A stretch of DNA of 64,000 bases from Acidobacteriota bacterium. Lineage in GTDB: Bacteria > Acidobacteriota > UBA6911 > RPQK01 > JAJDTT01. Under the pieces are notes generated by a model. That model did no database searches. It was not told the origin of the DNA and saw only the letters and a list, made by a program, of their open reading frames with translations. The DNA lies in the NCBI GenBank assembly GCA_965209055.1, contig OZ242374.1, positions 5,248,001 to 5,312,000 on the forward strand, in the 5' to 3' direction. A program made the translations under genes and the position numbers. Within the stretch, counting starts at the first letter, position 1. Each line of letters starts with the position of its first letter. Below are positions 9,842-19,306 of this stretch, in pieces.

Positions 9842-10812
9842 TAGCTGCTGAACATCCGGTAAGCCTGTTCAATGATCCTCTGACTGCGAAGCGCCAATTC
9901 CGGACGGGGGTCCGGTTCTCGTCCCTCCTGCACGGCGCGGACGAACTCGCTCAGGGCCCCCCGCATGCCGACAAGGGCACGTTCGGCGATGGTTGACCGG
10001 CTCGAAAAGGAAACGTTTTCTCTCTCCTCGTCGGTGCCGCGCAACTTCCATCCTTTCCAAGGCTGGACCTCAAGAGTGCCCTTCTCACCGAAAATCCGTA
10101 GTTCTCCTTCCATTCCAGGACCACCCGGACGCCAGGACAGGGCGATATGAACAGGAGCGCCATTCTCGAGGCGCAGGAAAAAGGCTGCCGTATCTTCCAC
10201 ATTTCCCATTCCCTGCGAATACCCGAAACAAGCGGACTCCAAACTGAGGTTCTGGCCGGTCAGCCAGCTCACGTGATCGAGCAGATGCACACCGCTGGTC
10301 AGGCCCACGCCGCCTCCAGCCTCTGTCCGCGTGAACATCCATGACGGCAACGAACCGAACAACCCGACGTTTTCCAGCAACAGGTCATCGACGGCCAGCA
10401 CGTTTCCGATGAGTCCATCGGCGATCAATTCTCGGGCTTCCACGACCGGAGGCATGAAACGATGGGTCATCTCGACCATCAGGACCAGGGACGCCCGCTT
10501 CGCCAACTCACAAAGCTGTTCGCCGGCTTCAACCGTGAGCGCCAAAGGCTTTTCCACCAGGACATGTTTGCCTGCCTTCAGGGCAGCGGATGCAACCGGT
10601 TGGTGGGCCGAATGGGGCAAACAGACAGTGATGGCGTCGATGGTGGGGTCGCCGAGCAGAGCTCGATAGTCGTCAAATGATTTGACGGTGCACTCCGACC
10701 GTCTCTCAGGACTGGTCTCCGCGACACCTGCCAGTGAGGCGGATTCGATCTGTTCCAGAGCCCGGGCGTGTTGCTTGCCCGTATAGCCGTATCCGATGAT
10801 GCCGATCTTCAC
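9841..10812 (-). CDS. Gfo/Idh/MocA family oxidoreductase
   Basis: KIGIIGYGYTG Rossmann motif, AGKHVLVEKPLA, and AGGGVGLTSGVHLLD. Confidence 0.93.
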   Translation of the reverse strand: MKIGIIGYGYTGKQHARALEQIESASLAGVAETSPERRSECTVKSFDDYRALLGDPTIDAITVCLPHSAHQPVASAALKAGKHVLVEKPLALTVEAGEQLCELAKRASLVLMVEMTHRFMPPVVEARELIADGLIGNVLAVDDLLLENVGLFGSLPSWMFTRTEAGGGVGLTSGVHLLDHVSWLTGQNLSLESACFGYSQGMGNVEDTAAFFLRLENGAPVHIALSWRPGGPGMEGELRIFGEKGTLEVQPWKGWKLRGTDEERENVSFSSRSTIAERALVGMRGALSEFVRAVQEGREPDPRPELALRSQRIIEQAYRMFSS

Positions 10813-11014
10813 GAGTCACGACCTCTTACAGTCCGTGGAAGAAGTCCCGCGAGCACCGAGACCGGGGCTGCGCCCGCCGGACAAGGCACTCTGAGGGAGC
10901 ATACCGGGAGTATGTGACCGCGGAGCGCCGCAGTCCTCCAGGCCGCTGGCAGAATACGTCAGCTAGGGAGCGGCTGGGGCAACTGCTTCCCAAACGCGCT
11001 AGACAGATCAGCTG

Positions 11015-11236
11015 TCAGTATACGAGCACTCGGGCCAAGAGCCCAATGCTGACCCATAGAGCCAGGGTCAGCCTAAGTGCTTCACCGAAACGCAAGCTGC
11101 GAAGCATTTGCAAGGCAACGAGGAAAAACAATACGATCCACACTAACTCGACACGAGGACCCCGGTCGAGGTGATTGGAGTAAACTTGCTCTGCCAACAG
11201 AATGAGGGCCGACGTGGCTGCGATCCAGAAGGACAT
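11015..11236 (-). CDS. Putative small membrane protein
   Basis: 73 aa from MSFWIAATS with three hydrophobic segments. No recognisable family. Confidence 0.35.
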   Translation of the reverse strand: MSFWIAATSALILLAEQVYSNHLDRGPRVELVWIVLFFLVALQMLRSLRFGEALRLTLALWVSIGLLARVLVY

Positions 11237-11282
11237 CGCCGGCGTCCGGCGGCTGTTCCGGTTCGAAGCGGAGTAAAATAGG

Positions 11283-12029
11283 ATGGGAAGAAGGTCAATA
11301 CCCAAGGGAGCGGTAATAATCGATGCTCGTCTGGCCCTATTGCGGATACGCATCAGAACATTGAGGCACTTTTACGTGGAAGGCGAGGAGATTTTTAGCC
11401 GGAGGTTCAATGAACTAACGAAGTGGATGGACGATTTTCCAGACGATCAAATGGAAGGCGCCGTGGATTTTTTCGTCGGAGAGCGGGACGATCTGGAGGA
11501 TCTTCGAGAATTGAAGAGACACTTCTCAGTCATCGGATTATTCAGAGTGATTGAAATGTTCCTGCGTCGAACGTTGCGCCACCTTCGAAATGCAGGCGCG
11601 CCGGTGGAGGGTCGCATTCGAAGGATGTCGCTGGACAAGATGAAAAAAGCATTCAGGAGCATCGATGTTCCCATAACAGAACCTAACGACGACTGGCACG
11701 CTCTGATGGGACTGAAATTGGTTAGGCATTGCATTGTTCACTACGACGGTCGTCCTCCTAAGGAGATGGCGTATCAGTTAAGGGATGCCTATGGGTTCCC
11801 CGTGATCGAAAAGCGGTGGAGACGGACGAAGGGAGGGCACGACGAACCGGTTGCGTGGAAGCTACAGATTTCCAACGACTATTTTGAGAAGAGCGCTGAT
11901 CTCGTGGAGCGTATCTGTGGGCGAGCCGTCAGGGGGTACCGCAAAAATTTTGGTCGGCGCAGGAAAAAGACATGGGTGACTCGAATTTCCGAATTTTATC
12001 AAAAAATTCGGGCAATCATTTTCCCATAA
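11283..12029 (+). CDS. Hypothetical protein with HEPN-like RxxxxH motif
   Basis: Apparently helical protein with IEMFLRR and a later LVRHCIVHYDG (R-x4-H). Confidence 0.65.
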   Translation: MGRRSIPKGAVIIDARLALLRIRIRTLRHFYVEGEEIFSRRFNELTKWMDDFPDDQMEGAVDFFVGERDDLEDLRELKRHFSVIGLFRVIEMFLRRTLRHLRNAGAPVEGRIRRMSLDKMKKAFRSIDVPITEPNDDWHALMGLKLVRHCIVHYDGRPPKEMAYQLRDAYGFPVIEKRWRRTKGGHDEPVAWKLQISNDYFEKSADLVERICGRAVRGYRKNFGRRRKKTWVTRISEFYQKIRAIIFP

Positions 12030-12037
12030 AGGTAGAA

Positions 12038-12190
12038 ATGGCAACACAATTGGTGAACTGGAACATCTCGAAACGTCACGCGCCCTGGAGGCAACTGGTG
12101 ACAATGGAGCCGGATGTCGCCTTGCTCCAAGAAGCCAGCGCAATAGCACCAACCAACGTTGCCAGCACGGTCCGGACCGGTGGCAGGTAG
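12038..12190 (+). pseudogene. Truncated endonuclease/exonuclease/phosphatase (EEP) family N-terminus
   Basis: LVNWNI...WRQL..MEPDVALLQEA matches the first two EEP motifs; the ORF stops after 50 aa. Confidence 0.65.
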
Positions 12191-12561
12191 CACTGACGCC
12201 CCTCCGAAGGCGAACCTCGCCCGCCCCGGCGTCACTTGGCGCAGCTCCAGCCCCTCCCGCTCGCACCAGGCGAGAAACCGCCCCGTCTGATGAGCGTAGA
12301 CGGTTCGCTTATGGGGGTGGAGATCCGGGCCCGGCGTCCCTGGTGGACGTCCCGCGGTGGCCCGTCCCGTTAACTGAAATAGATCTGAGGCCGACTTGGA
12401 TTAACTGCTACCACAGGCGGAAATCCCCCGTCAACAATAATCGTCCGGGGCGCAGGGATTCAGGGGAAATCAGGCCCTAGACGCTGGCGGGGAAGCCCAA
12501 GAGTTCGGGAATTTCGTAGTCAGGGATTTCTAGTAGACTCACGGAAACAGAACAGAAACCA

Positions 12562-13029
12562 ATGGATATTTCAAAACTAGCCGATTACATACTAGATTAT
12601 ATCCTGGATCAGAATAATCTGCTCTTCCTGCTTGTAGTCTTGGGATTTCTCGGCTATAAGCTGGACCTTCGAGCCTATTTCCAAAAGCGTAAACATATAC
12701 GCAACATCAGGAAAATCATCCATGATAGTATATGCAAAATTCGTGCCGACTATCCAACGGAAGATCCTAACACGGGAAAACCGGAACGTGAGGTGAGATA
12801 CGATCACTTCAAAGCTATGCGTTCCGATTTGAAAGCTGTGCTGGACAATCCTTCGGCTAACCTTCCGCAAGAGATACGGACAGCCATTCAGCACATATAC
12901 TCTGAAGTAGACCGTATTATCGGATTTGAAAGAAAATACGGTAGAGGCGCAACAAAGCATGTCTATGAGATATTCCTAGTCAAACCAATGCGGAAATGGA
13001 AATGGCTCAAGCTGAAAATGGAACTGTAA
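12562..13029 (+). CDS. Hypothetical protein with N-terminal transmembrane helix
   Basis: 155 aa ORF, AT-rich relative to the window, with TM segment LLFLLVVLGFLGY. Confidence 0.6.
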   Translation: MDISKLADYILDYILDQNNLLFLLVVLGFLGYKLDLRAYFQKRKHIRNIRKIIHDSICKIRADYPTEDPNTGKPEREVRYDHFKAMRSDLKAVLDNPSANLPQEIRTAIQHIYSEVDRIIGFERKYGRGATKHVYEIFLVKPMRKWKWLKLKMEL

Positions 13030-13148
13030 TTTAAGGGTATAAGTCAGCTAGGCATCTAATCAACATCACGGACGCACTTCGAGCCATGGCGTGAAAGACC
13101 AACGGCATAGCCCGTCTTTGTCGGCTTCCATCTTGTGGGGATCCGCTT

Positions 13149-13790
13149 CTACCAGCCCGCGGCAAAAGTCCTGATTTCTCCGGCTAATGTTCTTTCCTCT
13201 AGCTGACGTGGAGATGGTTTATTGATGGGTCCGAGGAGCCCCAAACAGCGGAAAAAGACGCGCCAGGACACCGGCATGCAAACTCCGGGGCGTACCGATC
13301 CCCGTCAGTCGGCGCATCAGCAGTCCCAGGTTGAAACCACACACGTGGATCAGCAATCGCTTCCGGACATTGGCGTGGCCCCGGACGAAGATGCGGCGCA
13401 ACCCGCCCGTGGTGAACTGATGCGCGAACGGCCGCTCGACCAACTCGCTTCGCTGCCGCTGCAACCGTCGTCCCCGGCGGCCCCGAATCCGTCTCCGATT
13501 CGCGTACACGGGCCCCTGGGACTTCCGGTTCTTCCCCTACCAGTTGCGGCGGCCCCGATCCGTTTCCGACAGATACCCCCGCAATCCCAGTTCCTTCAAT
13601 TCCAGCACCGTCTCGTTGCTGTGGTACCCCTTGTCCGCCACCACTTCCCGGACCTGTGCGCCCGACCCGACGGCTTCCATTTCCTCCTGTGCCATCCGGA
13701 CGGTTTCCCCCAGGGTCTGAGGATCGCCGAACCCCTCCCGTGCGGTCACTGCCACCACCGCTCCCGAAGTAGCCGGGATTACTCCTGCTT
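13149..13790 (-). pseudogene. IS1182/IS5-like DDE transposase 3' remnant with right end
   Basis: EVVADKGYHSNE and RSELVERPFAH...GFNLGLLMR, with an in-frame TAG at 13537. Terminal-like TTTTGCCGCGGGCTGGTAG at ~13149-13167. Confidence 0.75.
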
Positions 13791-13984
13791 CTTGGAAAAC
13801 CCGCCGTAGATCCAGCGAACTGCCCAACCGAGTGCCAGAAGGAACAGGCAAGGAGCAAGTCAGAAGCAAACCCACAAAAGAAAAATCAGACCAATAGACA
13901 GGCCCCTCCCATAGAGCAATAGCACCACCAAACATCATCACGAGTGGCCACAGCACACTTGTAGCAATCCAAAGCCTCGTCCAA

Positions 13985-14150
13985 CCTGAGATTCTGGCGC
14001 GCAATCTTGCTGGTAGAGACCAATTCCCCCGGTATATTCCCATGATGTGAACCGGCTTGTTCCAAGCGGTCCCGTCGCCGAATTCCTTCGTCATCTGTGC
14101 GTACTGCACGTCCGTGCCGAAGGTCCACTCCACGGCATGGAACCGGACGG
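13985..14150 (-). pseudogene. IS1-like transposase fragment
   Basis: AVEWTFGTDVQYAQMTKEFG, then after a frameshift LVSTSKIARQNL (compare STSxVERQNL). Confidence 0.55.
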
Positions 14151-14454
14151 CCTTTCGGTTGAGCACCAAATGGTCTCCTATGGTCATGGACCTGGAGAAT
14201 GGATCCGGGGAGGTGTACGAGTCTCTGACGGCCGAGAAGCTATTCTGGGGAACGCATGGTAGCATCAATACTTGAGGGGAATCGCTGAGGGCGATGCAGG
14301 GCGATGCAGGCCAATAGAGAATGGCCGGTGATGCTTCGGACGGGGATTTACGGCTTCTCCCACCTGGATACGGATGTGTTCCCGAGCCACCACAGGGATG
14401 GTTTGATGGCGGGAGGCATCCCAAACGGAAACCGAAGCCAGGGAGGTGCCAATC

Positions 14455-14919
14455 ATGTCAAGCTGGATGATCCAATGTTCGAGCGAGAAGTGCGGAGAAA
14501 AAAGTTGGCCGGAAAACATTGTTGATCTGGTGAACAACTACAAGGATGCTCAAGGCTGGATCGTTTGCGGTGCTTGCGGGTGTCCCGGATACATACAAAA
14601 GCAGTACGACGTTCAAGAGGGCGGACAATTCCAGCCCTATTTGAAGGCCATCCTACAACCGGACTACACCCAGGAGGGTTACACGGAAATCTATCGTCCC
14701 TTCGCCTTCTTGGCCAGCTACGGTCCAGACGAACCCCTTACGGATATCTGGTTTGTTTACTATAAGGACATGAGAGAGTACGACGGCCGCCTCAAAATGG
14801 GACATGGCCCGGGTGGTCCTCCCATTTTCTTCATTACCGACATTGTGGATATTCTCTCCAAGATGCTCACGCGTGGGGACGTATCCGAGGCTGAAGTCAA
14901 GAAACGTCTGGGCATATGA
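14455..14919 (+). CDS. Hypothetical protein with putative Zn-binding cysteines
   Basis: GGAGG RBS upstream; CSSEKC...CGAC cysteine pairs; YYKDMREYDGRLKMGHGPGGPP. Confidence 0.7.
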   Translation: MSSWMIQCSSEKCGEKSWPENIVDLVNNYKDAQGWIVCGACGCPGYIQKQYDVQEGGQFQPYLKAILQPDYTQEGYTEIYRPFAFLASYGPDEPLTDIWFVYYKDMREYDGRLKMGHGPGGPPIFFITDIVDILSKMLTRGDVSEAEVKKRLGI

Positions 14920-15197
14920 CAATAATGAAAATTCCGCATCGCAACCCCGAAGAGTTTCCGTTCCACTCCAGGTTTCTGGATCACCTGATGACAGACTGCG
15001 GCCCTATTTCCTGGACGGACATGGTGAGACTGTCGGCGCAAATAGCTCCTGTTGTCTGGGGAGTCAAACCGTACAGCAGAGCCCAGATGAGAGCTCACGC
15101 CCAACATCGACATAGAGAGTGGGGCTGGGAGTTCCGCGTGTTCGACAATAAGCGGGTTTGGATGGCCAGTCGCTATCACGGCCAGGGAATCTAGGTT

Positions 15198-16792
15198 GTT
15201 CCCATCCGGAAATCCGTAAGTTATTGGGAAATAAGAACTAAGAGGCATTTTCAAGCCCCGGTTTTGTCATGGTCGCTTGGTAGTCTATCGGTGCCAAAGA
15301 AAAGAAACCAAACGACTTACGCAAAACAGAGGACTTGAAACATGCGGCGAAAACGGGAAAATCAGCTTCCGCTTTCCGGGCTCTGGCCCGATTTCCGACT
15401 CGCCCAGGAACTGAGAGTCATTTCCAAGATATTGGACGACAACCCCTCGATCCTGGATCTGGTTTTACACGATCTGTGTGACAACGCCAACTCCGGTCAA
15501 GGGGCTCCGGGTCTCTCCGCGGAGCAGGTCCTGCGCGCGGCCATCCTCAAGCACCGGCAGCAACTGTCCTACACCCAACTGGCGTTCCTCTTGCACGACT
15601 CTCAGTGCCATCGCCGCTTCACCCGTCTTTCTTTTTGCTGGACCCCCAGTGCCTCCTGCCTCCAAGAGAACATCAGCCGTATCCAAGCCGGCACCTTGCA
15701 GCAGGTCATCCGGCTCCTGGTCCAATGGGCCGAGAGCCAGGGACTGGAACGGGGCCGCAAGATTCGAGTCGATGACACGGCCGTGGAAAGCCCCATCCGC
15801 CATCCCCTCGATTCCCAGTTGTTGAACGATTCGGTCCGAGTCCTTACCCGGCTGCTTCGCCGCTTGGCCCGTCATCACAAGATCGTCTTTCACGATCACC
15901 GGCGCCGGGCCAAGCGACGTTGTCTGAACATCGCCAACCACCGCGGCAAGCGTCGGAAGCAAGCCTATCGGGACCTGTTGAAGGTCACTTCCAAGACGAC
16001 TCATTGCGCCACGATGGCCCTGCAGCAAGTGGGCCAGTGGAAGCACCTTCCCAGTCAGGTTATGGTGGGAAAGTTACGCCATTACTTGGACTTGACGGCC
16101 AGGATCATCGCTCAGACCGAGCGCCGGGTCCTGCGGGGGGAGACGGTTCCGGCCGACGAGAAGGTCCTCTCCCTGTTCGAGGAGCGCATCGACATCATCA
16201 AAAAGAAACGCCGGGAAACGGTCTTTGGGCACAAGTTGTTTCTGACTGGTGGCGCCTCCGGCCTGATGCTGGATGCGCAGGTCATGCAGGGAACCCCAAC
16301 GACGCCGCTCAGTTCCAGCCCTGGCTCCAGCGCCAGCATGATCTGTACGGTCGCTGGCCTCGACAGGTCAGTTGCGATGGCTGCTTTGCCAGCCGCCCCA
16401 ATCTGGACTGGGCCAAGAAGCAAGGGATCCAGGATGTCGCCTTTGCCAAGAAACGCGGGCTGAAGGTCACTGAGATAAGGATGCATCTCGTGGCTCAAGC
16501 AAGTCTTCGGCCTCGGACGCTACACTCGGAAGGGCTGGGCCCACTTCCAGCAGTACGTTTACCTCTCGATCACCAGCTTCAACTTGCTGGTTCTGGCCCG
16601 TCTGCTGGTGTAATCGCGGTTGGGGATCGATCTCCGATGTCGTTCCAGGGACCCGTGTCTTCAAAATCTGGAATCCGCTCTCAACAGACTGGACGTTCCA
16701 ACTGCCGGCCCAAGTCGAGCCCGTTTATTCCAGTTTCTCCGCCTTCCTTACGCCTACCCGATCCCCCAAAACCTGTCTTTACGGATGAGAAC
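15198..16792 (+). mobile_element. ISNCY/IS5-like DDE insertion sequence, copy 1 (transposase pseudogene)
   Basis: Imperfect IRs GTTCCCATCCGGAAA / TTTACGGATGAGAAC. Transposase from 15342 (RVDDTAVESPI..PLDSQLL, EKVLSLFE...FGHKLFL) has a 1-nt deletion near 16290 relative to copy 2 and an apparent internal deletion near 16475; its C-terminus ends FNLLVLARLLV at ~16612. Confidence 0.85.
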
Positions 16793-17663
16793 TAGTTGAC
16801 TAACCCGATTAACGCACGATACTCACGTTCAAAGCCAGTTGTATGCCTCGGAGCAGGCCGAGCTTAGAGTGGCCTGCAAGTCAATTTGTCGTTGGTAATC
16901 CTACGCGCTTGCGAACACGCCGAAAGGAAGTTGGTAGGTCTCTTTAAGGTAGTTCTCCGTAACGCCCAAAAGCCTCAACTGGTCTTCGGTCACTAACGCC
17001 TTTGATACACCTGGCTGGACGATGAAGACACTGAGAGCAACCCGACAGAGACGACTCATCTCCCGGATGGAGTGCAACAGTTCCACATCTCCTATCTCAA
17101 AGCGAGTTGGCCGCCCAGCGTCCCTCCGCAACGCCTCCCGACGCATTAGGTGCGTGAACAAATCCGTTCGCTTTTCGGAAGAGATCATCCACGAGACACT
17201 CTTCTGTGCTTGGCCACAGACCTCGTATAAATCCTTGATTCGACGGCCTGCAAAAGATCCCTGAGAGAACTTGCAATGGAAGAACTCAACGTGAATGTTC
17301 TCCGGAGCTTCTTGGTCGCCAGCCAATCGAATTGTGACCACATCCGCGGCCTCGCCCTTTCCATCGTCGTCGAAAATGACCTCGTAGGACTGTTCCTTCA
17401 GATAGCGAATCAAACGAGCCTGGATCGAGTCTGCTTCCCTAGCGTCGCCCTGAGCCTCCTTTCGGAGGTTGACCCCCGCCCATTCCAGTACCTGGATTCT
17501 CGAGGCGTCGTACGGTTGTCGGTTCGTTCTTGGCTCCAGATACTGGTTCCCCTCAAGGGCCGAACCGTCTGCGAACCAGATGGCCGGCGGATTGTCGTAA
17601 AAGAACTCGTCTATTGATACTTTCGACTGACGACTGAGGAACAGCTCGGCTGTGGTGTCCCCT

Positions 17664-19306
17664 TGAGGGTGTCCCGTTTTCGTGGACGGTTTATTGGTGC
17701 GGTCTACGTTGTCCTTAGGTTTAATACTCCTTCTGTCGGTGGGGAGCAAGACTTCCCCCCGACGACGGTCAATGGCCATCGAGGATGTCAGGGTTTTGGC
17801 CATTGACAACGGACAGAGCGCTCTTTCTTTCGTGTGAGGGGCGACCTATGGACGGGTCAGCAAAAGGGCTCACGTTGTGGGAAATCTCTGATTTTCCACA
17901 ATGGGATACCGCTTAACGAGGGGGCCTCGGTCTCTCTTCCCAGGGATTTAAGAGTTTTTTATGTCTCTTTGCATCCGGGGGTCTCAGGGGGGCAGCGCCC
18001 CCCTGCCCCCTTCAATCGTGTCGCGCGCGACGCTGGGTGCGACGGTGGCCGTGCCGGCGTCGTTCTCAGGCAGCTCGAAGACGGCGTTGGTCCGCCGCCG
18101 CCTGCTGCTCGTAGTGGACCGGTGACTCGTAGCCCAGCGCCGAGTGCCGGCGCCGCCGGTTGTAGAATCCCTCAATAAAGTCGAACACGGCCCGCCTTGC
18201 CTCGCTCGGGTTCCGGAACCGGTGACGATCCAGCAACTCGCACTCCAGCGTCGCGAAGAAGCTCTCGCACATCGCGTTGTCGTAGGCGTCCCCGACGGAG
18301 CCCATCGACGGCCGCACTCCCGCCTCCCGGCATCGTTTGCCGAAGGCAGCCGAGGTGTACTGCGTTCCCTGGTCCGAGTGGTGGATCACCTGCTTGGGCT
18401 GGCGCTGGATCACCGCCATGGCGAGCGCCTTCTCCACCAGTTCGGATCGCAGATGGGTCGCCATTGCCCACCCCACGATCCGGCGGCTCCAAGCGTCCAG
18501 AACCACGGCCACGTACAACCAGCCCGCCTTTGTGCGGACATAGGTGAGGTCCGCGACCCAGAGTTGATCCGGTCCCTCAACCGCGAAGTTCCGGTTCACC
18601 AGGTCCGGTGCCGGGCGCGCCTTCCGGTCCCTCCGGGTGAGCCCGGCCTTGCGGCGCCTCCGGCTCGCCCCCTGGATCCCGGCTTCCTTCATCAATCGAC
18701 CTACGCGCTTCGGGCTCGTCCGTTCCCCTCGAGCTCTCAGCTCGGCATGCAGACGAGGCCGACCGTACACTCTCCGGTTCTGGTTCCAGATCCACACGAT
18801 CGTTTCCCGAAGCGTCTGGTCCCGGCGAGCCCGCTTCGAAGGGGGCCGCTTCAGCCAAGCGTAGTACCCGCTGGGGGAGAGACCCAGAACGCGGCACATC
18901 ACCCGGATCGGAAACCGGGCTCGGTACGCCTTCACGAATTTGAATCCTTTTCGGGGATCGAGTCGCTCTCCCGGGCGAACCAAGCCGCGGCTTTTTTTAA
19001 GATGTCCCGCTCCATCCGCAGCCGCTTGATCTCGCGCCGCGCCTGGCGCAACTCCTGGCGCTCGAACGTCGTCAACCCGTCGTTACGGTGCCCCTCGTCC
19101 AGATCGGCCTGCTTGACCCACTTGCGGATCGCCGACGCCGAGGGCTCGAACTCCCGCGCCAGCGCCTCGGGCGATCGCCCCGAGCGCACCAGCGCCACGA
19201 TCTCCTGGCGGAACTCCGGCGGGTACCGCCGCTGCTTTCTTGCCATCGTGGACTCCTCCTTTCACTTCCTTACTTTGGATGTGTCCACGAAAGCGGGTCA
19301 ACTCCA
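17664..19306 (-). mobile_element. IS3-family insertion sequence (1643 bp) with 3-bp CCT target duplication
   Basis: IRs TGGAGTTGACCCGCTTTCGTGGAC / TGAGGGTGTCCCGTTTTCGTGGAC. CCT at 17661-17663 and 19307-19309. Confidence 0.95.
18066..19246 (-). CDS. IS3 transposase OrfA/OrfB, -1 programmed frameshift
   Basis: OrfA 18932-19246 (YPPEFRQEIV HTH, ERDILKKAAAWFA). OrfB with WVADLTY, HHSDQGTQY and DNAMCESFFATLE. Slippery AAAAAAAG at ~18991-18998 on the minus strand. Confidence 0.93.

Noticed and set aside
12270-12320. CTGATGAG as a hammerhead ribozyme core
   Set aside because: No correctly placed GAAA and stems I/III could be assembled.
10954-13062. ATA(C/A)GTCAGCTAGG direct repeat flanking the HEPN block as att sites
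   Set aside because: Only 13 of 14 bp match and there is no adjacent recombinase, so it cannot be distinguished from chance.
13537-14424. 295-aa ORF as a real gene
   Set aside because: It is a chimeric read-through of an IS1-like fragment, a membrane-protein fragment and an IS1182-like fragment.
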